This document shows positions 25,001 to 46,850 of a DNA stretch of 64,000 bases, piece by piece. How positions within the stretch are numbered: the first letter of the stretch is position 1; each line of letters starts with the position of its first letter. The position numbers and the translations under genes are program-made. The stretch lies in assembly GCF_932526225.1 (NCBI RefSeq), contig NC_064037.1, positions 3,184,996-3,248,995 of the forward strand, written 5' to 3'. The notes under the pieces are model-generated. The model saw only the letters and a list, made by a program, of their open reading frames with translations, was not told the DNA's origin and searched no databases. Source of the DNA: Nematostella vectensis (lineage: Eukaryota).

Positions 25001-25196
25001 TGTGAATAGTTTTCTAGTCAGTGAAGCATATCCATATTAATTTACTGTACATAACATTTCCTAGGTGCGAATGTTTATCCATTCTGTGAATGGCAAAGAA
25101 GTGCTACACTGGACGCATAAGGAGGTTGCCAAGGAGATTCTGAGGGGGCAAAATGTGCTTGACCTTGTTGTAATGACCCACTTCAGAGGATCCTAG
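21775..25196 (+). CDS. DEPTOR: DEPTOR-like gene span (two DEP domains + C-terminal PDZ; 8 exons, 385 aa)
   Basis: DEP1 IKDRRYHLRLYPCCFVGRDVVDWLVHHGEA matches human VIKDRRHHLKTYPNCFVAKELIDWLIEHKEA. DEP2 ...SCFIGSSLVDWMVERGET. PDZ VMSDAVGFGFVVRGSEPVFVQTVDPSGPAAAAGLK is nearly identical to human GDAVGWGFVVRGSKPCHIQAVDPSGPAAAAGMK. Summed CDS 1158 nt. Exons: 21775-22021, 22767-22887, 23295-23473, 23561-23797, 23886-23951, 24018-24088, 24482-24586, 25065-25196. Confidence 0.9.
22767..22887 (+). CDS. DEPTOR: DEPTOR-like exon 2 (VCDDHMFKDEMLFYRFRRDD...)
   Basis: matches human VCDEHKEFKDVKLFYRFRKDD; tag| acceptor, AG|GTTTGT donor. Confidence 0.85.
23295..23473 (+). CDS. DEPTOR: DEPTOR-like exon 3 (DEP domain 2 core)
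   Basis: matches human FMASEFLDWLVQEGEATTRKEAEQLCHRLMEHG; donor CATG|GTAAGC. Confidence 0.85.
23561..23797 (+). CDS. DEPTOR: DEPTOR-like exon 4 (DEP2 end + linker)
   Basis: VTDDHHFKDDPSTYYQF matches human VSNKHPFVDSNLLYQF; donor ACAG|GTATAT. Confidence 0.8.
23886..23951 (+). CDS. DEPTOR: DEPTOR-like exon 5 (Ser/Pro-rich linker)
   Basis: phase-consistent; tgtag| acceptor, CCAG|GTAAAG donor. Confidence 0.7.
24018..24088 (+). CDS. DEPTOR: DEPTOR-like exon 6 (pre-PDZ)
   Basis: PYTMKTIR matches human PYARKTFTI; donor AGG|GTAAGA. Confidence 0.8.
24482..24586 (+). CDS. DEPTOR: DEPTOR-like exon 7 (PDZ N-terminal half)
   Basis: near-identity with human PDZ; donor AAG|GTACAG. Confidence 0.9.
25065..25196 (+). 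CDS. DEPTOR: DEPTOR-like exon 8, terminal (PDZ C-terminal half, stop TAG)
   Basis: VRMFIHSVNGKEVLHWTHKEVAKEILRG matches human VCQFVVSVNGLNVLHVDYRTVSNLIL. Confidence 0.85.
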   Translation: MRMFIHSVNGKEVLHWTHKEVAKEILRGQNVLDLVVMTHFRGS

Positions 25197-27414
25197 AGAG
25201 TCCCCTATCAAATTATGATCCTACAACAGCAACACCCATTGATTTATGATCCTACACTCTTGAGACAGGCCTGTCTAAAAAGACTTATAGTTATCCTTGA
25301 TGAATACAAGGAAACACTGTTGTGTATAACTGTAAAGACGTTTATGGTTTACTTCTATATTCTAAATGCTTTAGAAAATAATTCATCTGCTTGATATTGA
25401 TTTATTATTTTCTAGTTATAATTTATACAAATTTTCCATTGCATGTAAATGTCGTATTTTTTAATTTTCTTATTGCACTGTTTATTTTATAATGTACATT
25501 TTGTTTATAATTCTGACTAACCAACACCTTGCATTGTGATGATTGATAATGCATTATTTTGTTTAGTGTACATAAGGAAGATTGCAATTCATGCTAATAT
25601 ATAATATATTAATATTGAGAGATCTAAAAAAGAATGAAAATATACATTGTACAAAGGTGTGAAAAAGTTAAAGTGAATTATATATTTATGTGAAATATCA
25701 TATGATTATTAAAATAATAGACATTGATTATCTTTGTTTTATTTGAAGCTGGGTGGTTCTGGGAATAGCTTGTAGTTGAAAACTTTAAGGGGTGCCACCC
25801 TTGTCAGTAGGGAGCTCTGGATGCATCCGGAAATAATCCTCACATTATTACAGAAAGTTTTTGCAGTTGGCATGCGGCTACCTTGTGCCTAAAGTCTAAA
25901 TAAATCCTGCATTGATTGGTCCAAGAAAAATAACACCACTCCCTAGCCGAATTCTCTTGGACAGCGATTGGAATCGCAACTTGAGAAGGCTTAGTAAAAC
26001 AAATTACACAATGTATATTTGGCCTATGCAGTTTTTATTTTTTTTTTTGGAAACTGCCTGTTTTTTGTTTTAATATTTATCTGTTGCTGGGAGACCTGTG
26101 GTTGGGAAAGTCCCAGGGTGGTGGTAATCATCACGAAATAATTCTGCGTTGAACGCCGACCGATGATTGGCTTGCAACGTTTGTGGCCCCTGATTGGTTT
26201 CTTCCAAAGTTCCGTGTTGTTCGATGCTGAGGGGTAGATTTTTGCAGATACTTTCTGCTTGTCGCCGCCTTTGAACAAGTATTTTCGGTGTTTCTACGAA
26301 CTTGAAATTACTGAAAACGTAAAGGGGATTTAAGAAGCATTTCTTCTTCATCTTTACGGTATTTACGAGATAATATGGGCTATTTAAGGTTATTGAATCG
26401 AAACTCATTCAACCTTAGTTGCTACCTTACTCAATAAGCCTAACTTAAGATATTTTTAGCTTTTCCTTGTTGATTTCACTTCAATTTGTGCATGATTGAG
26501 CCTCTCATTTTAACATACAGATAAATTCGGATTAAGCGTTCCAAACTCTGTAGGATATAGATATGCATATAGATTTTAACGTCTTCTATTTCGATGAATT
26601 GTTCGGCCTTCTAACTCTGTATGAGACATGAACTTTCAAAAACACTTTAAAACTTTCGAGAGCGATCACAATGAAGTCATTGGGTAATATCACTGTTAGT
26701 TAAATTAACTGTTATGTTTTGAAGCAAATCAACTCTATGTACACTTGGTTTTACCTTTTTATAAGTTTCACCTTGTCTCGCATGAAAGCACTCAGCAAAT
26801 GTTTTTCCTGACCTAGTTCTTTAACATTGAAACTTTCAATGATAAATTAGGAAATAACTTATAATAATTATGCATGAAGCTTGTATATTTTATCCTAACC
26901 TCATTTACCACAGAGTTCTATAAATGCGGACCCTTATATAGGATATTTTTTAATGATTAATAACCCACCTATTTTATTTTATTCTTTGTTATTCAATACC
27001 TCGCCCCCACCATGCCCTTGTCATTTCACACAGAGGCGGGTTATTTTCGTGATCCGCGAATGGCATTTTTTTTTTTTATGACGAATGGTGAAAAGGACAA
27101 ATTGAAAACAATGATCCGTGATTGCTCCCTTTGCCATAATTTGTGAATGGCAAAATTTGATCAGTGTAAATCGGGATCTAAGCTCTTTACAATTACTCCT
27201 GTTCAGAATATGTGATTTATGTCACTGGCTCACCTATTGTGCAGGCTGTTTATAGGCATTTAGCCTATAGAGGCATATAGCCGTTTTTAGGTATAAACGG
27301 CTAACATAACGAGGATTGCTTCAAGTCAGACGTCTCCACTCCCACTAGGATCCTCCCTTGAATATCTATTTTCATGTTTGACAGAGCAGTGAACGATAGA
27401 CTCCATATACAACC

Positions 27415-37462
<10,048 letters not shown>

Positions 37463-38204
37463 CATGGAATAACTAGTTGAACTTGATTGGTGCAATGGGA
37501 ACCTCGCAGTAGCATGGAATAACTAGTTTAACTGGTTATAAACCGGTTTTATAACCAGTAGACACCAATGTCTTCAAAGAAGAAAGTAGTTAATTCACAC
37601 ACACCAATAATTACAATTGATAATTTAATTAAACAATGCTACAATGATATGGATTTCATGCGATACTTTATCAGTAATTCACCCAGTAATAAAAGTGAAT
37701 GAATTAAATAATTCCCTCCGGGACCTCAGGATCGGTCCCCAATATTTAGTTGTTATACATTGTTACAAAATGAACGCACTTTAAAATAAATGTCTTCTCT
37801 ATTTTGCGTCTCGTTATCATCTATAACTGCTATACTGAAATATAAACATCTTCCCAAAAAACTTTGAATAAGAACACCTGTTTATGAAATGAAATTGTCA
37901 ACCTTATAGGCCAGATGTATGAGAAAAGAAAAACAATATTCACTTGCTTTTAGAATTCGGTCACGAACTGGTGTCCCCTGGATGACCCCTTTTAATATTA
38001 CAAGACAGTCCATGAGAAATAGAAGAAAAATATTATTTAAAATATTCAAATTAATTCGGCTGGCTATCCAGAGAGTTTGATTGTCTCTTGGTGCTACTTA
38101 TAGATATTAGAATAGCCAAATATTAGCGTTTGGTTGCAAGCAGAAAAAGGGTTTGGGTTTAGCTTTTGGGTTCCCGTCTATATCAGCGTTTGGTTAAACA
38201 CGAG

Positions 38205-39850
38205 GTTCCGGGAAAGCTCCTCCCAGTCCCCGTGCTGAAAAACAATCAGTTATCAATCAGCCGTCAATGAGTCACCGTGTCAGAACAATCAGTTATCAAT
38301 GAGTCACCGTGTCAGAACAATCAGTTATCAATCAGCCGTCAATGAGTCACCGTGTCAGAACAATCAGTTATCAATCAGCCGTCAATGAGTCACCGTGTCA
38401 GAACAATCAGTTATCAATGAGTCACCGTGTCAGAACAATCAGTTATCAATGAGTCACCGTGTCAGAACAATCAGTTATCAATGAGTCACCGTGTCAGAAC
38501 AATCAGTTATCAATGAGTCACCGTGTCAGAACAATCAGTTATCAATGAGTCACCGTGTCAGAACAATCAGTTATCAATGAGTCACCGTGTCAGAACAATC
38601 AGTTATCAATGAGTCACCGTGTCAGAACAATCAGTTATCAATGAGTCACCGTGTCAGAACAATCAGCCGCCAAAGAGTCAAATGTCAGGACAACCAGTTA
38701 TCAGCCGTCAATGAGTCAACGTGTCAGAACAATCAGTTATCAATCAGCCGTCAATGAGTCACCGTGTCAGAACAATCAGTTATCAATCAGCCGCCAATAA
38801 GTCAACGTGTCAGGAAAACCAGTTATCAATCAGCTGTCAATGAGTCAACGTGTCAGAACAATCAGTTATCAATCAGCCGTCAATAAGACAACGTGTCAGA
38901 ACAATCAGTTATCAATCAGCCGTCAATGAGTCACCGTGTCAGAACAATCAGTTATCAATGAGTCACCGTGTCAGAACAATCAGCCGCCAAAGAGTCAAAT
39001 TTCAGGACAACCAGTTATCAGCCGTCAATGAGTCAACGTGTCAGAACAATCAGTTATCAATCAGCCGTCAATGAGTCACCGTGTCAGAACAATCAGTTAT
39101 CAATCAGCCGTCAATGAGTCAACGTGTCAGAACAATCAGTTATCAATCAGCCGTAAATGAGTCAACGTGTCAGAACAATCAGTTATCAATCAGCCGTCAA
39201 TGAGTCAACGTGTCAGGACAATCAGTTATCAATCAGCTGTCAATGAGTCAAATGTCAGAACAATCAGTTATCAATCAGCAATCAATGAGTCAACGTGTCA
39301 GGACAATCAGTTATCAATAAGCTGTCAAGGAGTCAAATGTCAGGACAATCAGTTATCAATCAGCCGTCAATGAGTTAAATGTCAGAACAATCAGTTATCA
39401 ATCAGCCGTCAATGAGTCAAATGTCAGGACAATCAGTTATCAATCAGCCGTCAATGAGTCAAATGTCATGACAATCAGTTATCGATCAGCCGTTAATGAA
39501 TCAAATGTCAGGACAATCAGTTATCAATCAGCCGTCAATGAGTCAACGTGTCAGAACAATCAGTTATCAATCAGCCGTCAATGAGTCAAATGTCAGAACA
39601 ATCAGCCGTCAATGAGTCCAATGTCAGAACAACCAGTTATCAATCAGCCGTCAATGAGTCACCGTGTCAGAACAACCAGTTATCAATGAGTCACCGTGTC
39701 AGAACAATCAGTTATCAATCAGCCGTCAATGAGTCAAATGTCAGAACAATCAGCCGTCAATGAATCAAATGTCAGAACAATCAGTTATCAATCAGCCGTC
39801 AATGAGTCAACGTGTCAGGACAATTGCTCTGAGCGCTAAATTAAAATTTC
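38205..39850. mobile_element. foldback-family element copy 2 (inverted relative to copy 1), right end truncated, subterminal repeat expanded into a satellite
   Basis: Terminus 38205 ttaaacacgaggttccgg-gaaagctcctcccagtcccc matches the reverse complement of the copy-1 right TIR. Internal unique segment ttgctctgagcgctaaatt...cctagagttgt (39815-39870) matches the reverse complement of 20560-20600. Confidence 0.65.
38230..39830. repeat. satellite, about 45-bp unit (cagttatcaatcagccgtcaatgagtcaccgtgtcagaacaat) x about 36; 22-bp sub-periodicity in places
   Basis: Direct reading; spurious ORFs 38850-39763. Confidence 0.9.
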
Positions 39851-39975
39851 ATATTCTAAAACAAATTCCTAGAGTTGTCCTAGCGGACCCTGATCTCTTA
39901 GGTAGATCCTCCTAGCTAGCAGGGTACTTAATTCCCACCCCCCCCCCCCCCCCCCTTGGCTATTGGCCTGGTCTT

Positions 39976-40565
39976 TGATCAGCGTCTGTATCAGCGTTTG
40001 GGTTAACGTCTGTAATTGCGTTTTTACGTTTGCGTCTGTATTAGCGTTTGGGTTAGCGTCTGTGATAATTGTTTTGGTTGGCGTCTGTACAGCTTGGGTT
40101 AACGTCTGTATTAGCGTTTGGGTTAGCGTCTGTTAACGTTTGTGTTTCCGTCTGTATTAGCGTTTGGGTGTTAGCGTATGTGATTTGTGTTTGTGTTAGC
40201 GTCTGTATCAGCGTTTGTGTTAGCGTCTGTATAAGCGTTTGTGTTGGCGTCTGTATAAGCGTTTGTGTTGGCGTCTGTATTAGCGTTTGTGTTGGCGTCT
40301 GTATTAGCGTTTGTATTTGCGTCTGTATCAGCGTTTGTGTTAGCGTCTGTATCAGCGTTTGTGTTGGCGTCTGTAATAACAGCATTTTGAGTCTGTATTA
40401 GTATTTGAGGTAGCGCCTCTATAGCTTATAAAAGATAGGACAGTAAAAACATTGTTTGGGTTTGTAATAAGCGTCTAGGTTTTCGTCTGATTTAACATTT
40501 GGGTTAGCGTAGTATTAGCGTTTAGGTTAGCGTCTGTATTTGGTTTGGCTTCAGTTAAGCGTTTG
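39976..40565. repeat. GT-rich satellite, 22-24-bp unit (gcgtctgtattagcgtttgggtta) x about 26
   Basis: Direct reading. Two diverged units of the same motif (gtctatatcagcgtttggtt) flank the left end of element copy 2 at 38160-38204. ORFs 40053-40401 are artefacts. Confidence 0.9.
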
Positions 40566-42320
40566 TTTGTACCCATTTATGGCAACCACTGTGTTCTTAA
40601 TTATTCTATTTTTTACACACAGCAATCTCACCAAGTATCTCTCGTCCTCTCGCTCCCAGAACATGCCTTATTTCTTCGTTACCAAACAAAAGATTGTATC
40701 GTCTACATGTAAGTTTCGACCGACCAAACTATTCTTACGCTTTGTCCCCGACTCCTACAGGTCTTGCAGCCTGAAAAGAGGTTTCGATGCCCCAGAAAAT
40801 ACATATTTTCGATTATCACATAGCATGCGCTGTTTGACTGTGCTCTCTGATCTACGGCGAGCGGTTGCCTTTAAAAACAGTCGCACTCCTGGCTGGTGTT
40901 AATTATTATCTTTTTATCAAATCTCTTAAATCTCTTAATGATAGAGTCAAATTGGTGCCGCCTTTTTTCCCTTAGACGAAGCGGAACTGGAATATTCGAT
41001 AAAAACACATTAAAGTTACCCCCTATCAAGCGCATTATCATCAACGGCAAAAAAGATCGTGCGGTGTTAGCTGTGTGAAGTACTAATGAACTTGCTTTCA
41101 GAACTTGCTTCAGCACTTAATCAAACATTAATGACTTAAAACGGGGATCTTACGATATATGTTTAAACTGAATGTTTCAATACTTTAACTTAGATTTTAT
41201 TTTATTTCTTCTTTTTAAGTACGACAGGCTGTGGTAGATTAGAAGCTCAACACTTTGAGTCGCAAACCAATCCCCGACGCTCGTCACATTTTCTAATGAT
41301 GTGATTGGCTTTATTCCGCGTATGTCTGATTGGTCAGCTTGATTGCGCCAGGTCGTGGCGAATCACCCTCTGGCCCAAACTGAACAGCAGGAGCCGCAAG
41401 CAAAATCAATTCGCCAGACTCCATATTACCACGTTATCAATTTGGATAAGCGGATTTCAAGTTCTGCTGGCAGCTATTCGCTGCTTTAACTAAACACAGG
41501 AAAAGAGATGAATAGGATCGGACACATTTGAAGCGACAAAAAGTCAATAAGTGATTATAACATGACTCAAAGCGCGCGCCAATAAACTAAATTGATAGAC
41601 TCACTAGTTCCCACTGGACTTTACTGCCAGCCTACGTAGTGACGTTTGAATCAATTTACGAATTAATGCAAGTTTGATCGCTTTATGTCAAAATACTGCA
41701 GTAGTTGAACTTATCACTTAGTTTTATCGCTTTCACTCAGTCGAAGCAATAGAAATATTCCCTCGGGCTATCATATGCACACGCCAGGACAGACAGCCCA
41801 TCTCGCTTTAGCAACGATCGCTGATGCTGACAACTTGCCAATCACTATATCAGCTAGCAGCTGCCAATCAAGTAAACCATTCTAATGCCTCTCAGCCGTC
41901 ACTCGTTAATTTCTCGACTGTTTATTGGTGGCAGAAAAAGTGAGCGCGGCCCCAGCCTGATCAGGAACTGCTCCAAATATCACGAGTATTTACAATTCAA
42001 AGGCATTAGACGCAGAGATACCCATCACTCCTGATCTTGGACCTAGAGATCTATCATGTGAAAATAGCCGTTAAGTGGCTTGGCGCATCCTGGCTTTGTG
42101 ATAATATTGTCTATTCGTAACTCAATACGAGCGATAAGAGATCTGCTGAGCTTGTCCTGGATCACATTTGACGTCCGAGCGCTGTTTTCATCACATATCG
42201 GCGGGTGGATATCCCTTTTCCGTCCGCTGATCGAGTGATCAAAAGTCGCGAGCGCTAGTTTAAAGTAACCTTTCAATAGGTTGTGCCCCGAACCAGCAGA
42301 GCATCGTTACCCCGTCAAGG

Positions 42321-42328
42321 TATAAAAA
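42321..42328 (+). promoter_or_regulatory. candidate TATA box (TATAAAAA) about 180 bp upstream of GPCR2 ATG
   Basis: Sequence motif only. Confidence 0.3.
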
Positions 42329-42506
42329 CATCGTGTGCTGAGTCTAAAATGCCATCGGATTCTTAGCCTCATGCTGCGAAGGCTTTAGAATAGACGCAAC
42401 TCAGGCCTGTACCGACAGAGTAATATCTAATCTCGTCGGCTTGGAGTAGAAACGCCGAGACAAAGTGTCTGTGTGAATTTATTCTTTCTCTGTTATTAAG
42501 CAGAGG

Positions 42507-43712
42507 ATGGAAGCGCTCGATCCGACTAGCGCTTACTTTACGAATAACTCCACCGAACTTCAGCCCAACGAGCTTACATCGGTGACGCAGCTTAGAGAAC
42601 CTTTCGGCTTGAAAGTGTTTCGCGGAATGATTTTCGCATTTGTGGTCATCGCGTCTCTGCTTGGGAATTCAGTTGTTATCAAGACCGTCTTCGAGAATTC
42701 TCTCCGCAAACCTATGACGTACTACCTTGTGAGTAACATGGCTGTCGCTGAGCTAATTGGTACGGTTCTCGTCCCTTTTAGCTACTCCTACCAAGAGATC
42801 TTCCACTGGCCGTTTGGCGAACTCCTCTGTCATATAATAGCACCATTGCAAGTGTTATCTGTGCTGGTAACAACCACATCACTGGCCGCTATTGCTCTGC
42901 ATCGGTACAAAGTGTTTACGTCTCCTCGGCGAGTCCGCGTGAGCGGTAAAACCATTACTTGTACCATCATCAGTCTTTGGGCAATCGCCTTCTTCATCAC
43001 TCTCCCTTCCTTTCTCTACCTCTCTCACGTTAAGTCGCCGACTCAAAAGGGGAAATACTGGTGCTTGGAACTCGTCCCAGGGGACCAACTTAAAGACTTT
43101 CCCTCGCCTGAATTGCGCAAATATTACATGATTCGGTTTTTTTGTAATTTCGTGATCCCGGCATGTGTGATGATGTTTTCGTATGGCGTAGTAAGCCTAC
43201 AATTGCGCTTTCATCGAAATCGCGCAGTGAGAGACGTGGAGATGGAAACCGGCAGCGACCGAACGCGCGAGACGAGCGCTTCTACCCAACCACAGCAACA
43301 AGGGACAGTAAGTATGGAGCTGCACGAAGTCGTGCGCTCGCCCCCACATGCCCAACAACCACAGCACAACGCAAGCAACAGTACGCGAGAACAAGCGACT
43401 CGCGAGCGCGCACAGCGCAAACGTCAGGCTATCTCGGGTCTAGAGACGGACTTACTAAAGATGATTTACTTAATCATTCTGATCTTCCTCGTCTGTTACT
43501 TCCCTTATCAAATATTCTTTCTGCTGGAGTATTTTGGCGTTATGAACTACAAGAATTGGCAATACTTCGACATCACTCGAATTTACGTGTTTCTCCTGAC
43601 GTGTTTCCCGTCCGCCATTCACCCTATCTGCTATGGTACGATGTCCAAGTTTTTCGCGCGCACATTCTCTCGACTGGTGCTATGCAGATGGTCGTATGGT
43701 GACTACCCGTGA
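42507..43712 (+). CDS. intronless class A GPCR, orphan, with long third intracellular loop
   Basis: 401-aa ORF; 2 N-terminal N-glycosylation motifs (NNS, NST); GNSVVI (TM1), ALHRY (DRY variant), FVIPACVMMFSYG (TM5), Gln/Ser-rich ICL3, CYFPY (TM6), SAIHPICYG (NPxxY variant HPxxY). Confidence 0.8.
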   Translation: MEALDPTSAYFTNNSTELQPNELTSVTQLREPFGLKVFRGMIFAFVVIASLLGNSVVIKTVFENSLRKPMTYYLVSNMAVAELIGTVLVPFSYSYQEIFHWPFGELLCHIIAPLQVLSVLVTTTSLAAIALHRYKVFTSPRRVRVSGKTITCTIISLWAIAFFITLPSFLYLSHVKSPTQKGKYWCLELVPGDQLKDFPSPELRKYYMIRFFCNFVIPACVMMFSYGVVSLQLRFHRNRAVRDVEMETGSDRTRETSASTQPQQQGTVSMELHEVVRSPPHAQQPQHNASNSTREQATRERAQRKRQAISGLETDLLKMIYLIILIFLVCYFPYQIFFLLEYFGVMNYKNWQYFDITRIYVFLLTCFPSAIHPICYGTMSKFFARTFSRLVLCRWSYGDYP

Positions 43713-44023
43713 AGTTAAAACCCCAAATTTGATCCCGTGATAACAGCGGGTATGAGATAATCCAAAAAGACAACTGGCCCTTCTTCTGTTGACGCAACCC
43801 AATCTATATTAAGGAAAACAAGGTGTCTTAGGTGCAGATTTTTGCACGGGCTTTCATCTCACACGATGCATTATCAGCGAGATTTAATGAGCCCAAGTCG
43901 GCGCATATGGTTTCAATACTGAGCATTACCAGCCAAGACCATAGCCAAATGAGGCATCAGTAGCTCGATCTTATGACCTTCGCATTTATAGACTAGATAG
44001 ACCAAGTGATTGTACACCAAATG

Positions 44024-44512
44024 TTATTTTTTTTCAGCATACTCTCGTGTGTATGAATTGACAAATATTCTAGTCTTAGTGCAATTGTCAGAAAATGAAT
44101 ATGGTTGTAATTTATTGTTGGAGTCGTAATAGGTTTTTAAACGCTGATATGTGCTTTTCTTGTTTACAATCATTGGAAGAACAAGTTTTTTGTAGATGGG
44201 TATTAACCTAGCTGTTGTATATTGATAAGACATGCCTGTGAAAGGCTGTAAAGTATAGATTGATTCGCAACTCATAAAGTTATAAAATCTTCTTGACCCT
44301 TTGAGAGCCCCGTCAAGTTTGGCCGCATTCTCGTACTTTGGGGGTTTTCCCTTTGTGTGATCCGTGATGACGGGTTTTCCGTTCCCTCTACGTAAATAAG
44401 AACCGGCAACCGCACGGCATCTCGCCGCAAGGAAAAGTGCCACGAGGAATAATCCTACGGAAAACATCCTAAACCCTTGTGTTTTTTTTAGTAAAACAAA
44501 ACCAAAAATCAA
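44024..44512 (-). CDS. hypothetical intronless ORF with N-terminal hydrophobic signal-like segment (MFSVGLFLVALFLAARCRAVAG), 162 aa
   Basis: ORF only. RR and KGSRR dibasic sites. Tail-to-tail with GPCR2. No homology recognised. Confidence 0.2.
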   Translation of the reverse strand: MIFGFVLLKKTQGFRMFSVGLFLVALFLAARCRAVAGSYLRRGNGKPVITDHTKGKPPKYENAAKLDGALKGSRRFYNFMSCESIYTLQPFTGMSYQYTTARLIPIYKKLVLPMIVNKKSTYQRLKTYYDSNNKLQPYSFSDNCTKTRIFVNSYTREYAEKK

Positions 44513-45239
44513 GCTTCTTCGAACCCCTTAGTGTGTTTGTCTTATTTTTGCAGTCAAAGTTTTTTTTTCTAATTAGGGACTGTTTGGGCCTCAGGGGGTA
44601 AAATATCAGTAGATCAAATAAAAATTGTCTGATTAGACCAGCTCATTTCCGAACAGACCTGAAAATCACACGAATCAGTCCACCAAGGGAGCCTGAGGCT
44701 ATTGATTAGAAGCTTGGTAAATTAAGGAAAGGAAGTATCATCGATCAAATCAAATATCTCGATCGATCGGTTGCAAATCTTTTATATTCACTACAGTCCA
44801 GGGGCGAAAAAGATGACTTATGTTCGGCGTGACGTAGTTTGAGTGGAAATTTGATTTCCCATGAATATTTTATCCGGGAAACTTTTCGGCTTTCCATTAA
44901 ACATTAAAAGTCAAAATAAAATCTATGAAGTCCGCGCGTTTTGAATTAGCCGAGAGAGTTACATTTACCAAGCCCGTACCCAGGATTTTTCTTGGGGGAT
45001 GCGAAATCCAAAAAATTGGACCTAATTTTTCCGGGCTGGGGGGGAGGGAGCTCTTTGATACAAATCTGGCCATGCCTTTGCAGTATCTCCACGGGACGTT
45101 TATTGTCGGATTTGGCTACATGTACCTACATGATCTAGCTGATGCTTCATAGTTTTGTCTACATATAATAGCACGTCTATTGAGAACCGAAAGTGGACAT
45201 TTGGCCGTTGTGAGGGGGCGCGTTCGAACCGCCTGCACA

Positions 45240-45263
45240 CCCCCCCCCCCCCCCCCCCCCCCC
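45240..45263. repeat. 24-nt homopolymer C tract
   Basis: Direct reading. Similar C/G runs at 3470-3490, 12661-12672, 13745-13760, 22546-22561 and 39937-39956. Confidence 0.9.
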
Positions 45264-46189
45264 GGGTACGGGTCTGCTTACCTTGGCTAGTACATGAAAA
45301 ACTTATTTGGATTTTTTTATAAGACTTATCGCACTCAAGCCCCCAGCTTACGGGCCTGAATATGTCCATTGAACTGTTGAAAATAAGTAAGGTCTCTCAG
45401 GTCTATTATTCAACTATGTCAACCACAGACACATCACCTTCCTATCTTTTGTATGTCAAGATAGGGGGAACTCCATGACGCATGGGGGTGGGGTGGGGGT
45501 GTCTGACCAAAATCTAATACAAAAAAATACCAAGTATCAGGTGCTTTACAAGCCCCCAAAATACTTAAACAAAAACAAAGAGAAAACTTTCTCATTTTCT
45601 TGAGTAGCAATTTTACAACAATACCCCCCTTTGTCACTGAGCCAAACCCCCCCTATAGTGAAAAGCTAGATCCGCGCTTGTAAGCAGCATGCTCGAGTTA
45701 TCGGAATTCTATACGATTATATTTAGCAGACCTAGCGCCTACAGACTACAGGTCTACGGCATTGACCTTGGGCCGGAAGGGCAATGGACAGCCTTGATTT
45801 CGCTTTTCCGTTTCCAAAAAACGTGTCCTTACTCACTCAGAGCTTAAAAATAAATTATGGATAATATTGCAGTCTCACATATAGAGTCTAAGTGCTGTAA
45901 CGCCGGGCGTCGTGTCCCCGTCCCCCTTAGCCCTTAAAAAATACGGACCCCCTTTTAAGCCCTGCTACGGTGGGCTGCCTGGTTAAATTGTCTAGCTGTT
46001 GCTAGCAACAGAGTCGGTGTGATTTCATCTTACCTCGCCTCCTCTAGCTTTATTTTGCCCTTTAGCACGCTAACGTCATCTCTTATATCCTTCTTTTTCC
46101 ATCTCTTTCTACCATTTCTGAATCTTTCTGTCTTTCTAACCAATCTCGGCCAGATCCCTCAGCTTCTCCGACCTTTTCTTCTGTGACTT

Positions 46190-46545
46190 CTCTAGTGTGA
46201 CTTCTCTTGTGTGACTTTTCTTGTGTGACTTCTCTAGTGTGACTTCTTTTGTGACTTTTCTTGTGTCACTCATCTTGTGGCTTTTCTTGTGTCACTCATC
46301 TTGTGACTTCTCTTGTGTCACTTCTGTTGTGACTTCTCTTGTGTGACTTCTCTGGTGTGACTTCTCTTGTGTGACTTCTCTTGTGTCTTCTCTTGTGTGA
46401 CTTCTAGTGTGACTTCTCTTGTGACTTCTCTTGTGACTTCTCTTGAGTGACTTCTCTTGTGTGACTTCTCTTCTTTTCTAGTGTGACTTCTCTTGTGACT
46501 TCTCTTGTGACTGCTTTTGCGACTTCTCTTGTGTGACTTCTCTTC
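46190..46545. repeat. 16-bp minisatellite (gtgacttctcttgtgt) x about 22
   Basis: Direct reading; ORF 46404-46598 is an artefact. Confidence 0.9.
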
Positions 46546-46850
46546 TCTTTCTCTTTCTCGTATCTCTTCCTTAGTTGCCGTGGCTCAACTTCATACAAAG
46601 CTGCGTTACTTAGTTAGATGTTTAAAAGGTTAAAAAAAGTCTATATAATACCCAAAAGAGCATGAATTGCTCAAATAAGCGTCTTCCAAGAAAATGCCTC
46701 GCCTTATAAACTTGATGCAAGCCCAGACGTTTACAGTGCTGCAGAGATACCATCTGGCACATTGAATGCTTGTTCTGGGATTGATTGTTACTGCTTGCAC
46801 GCTGTTAAAAAATTATTTTGGAGATGACACGAATTTTTAATACTAGCGCT

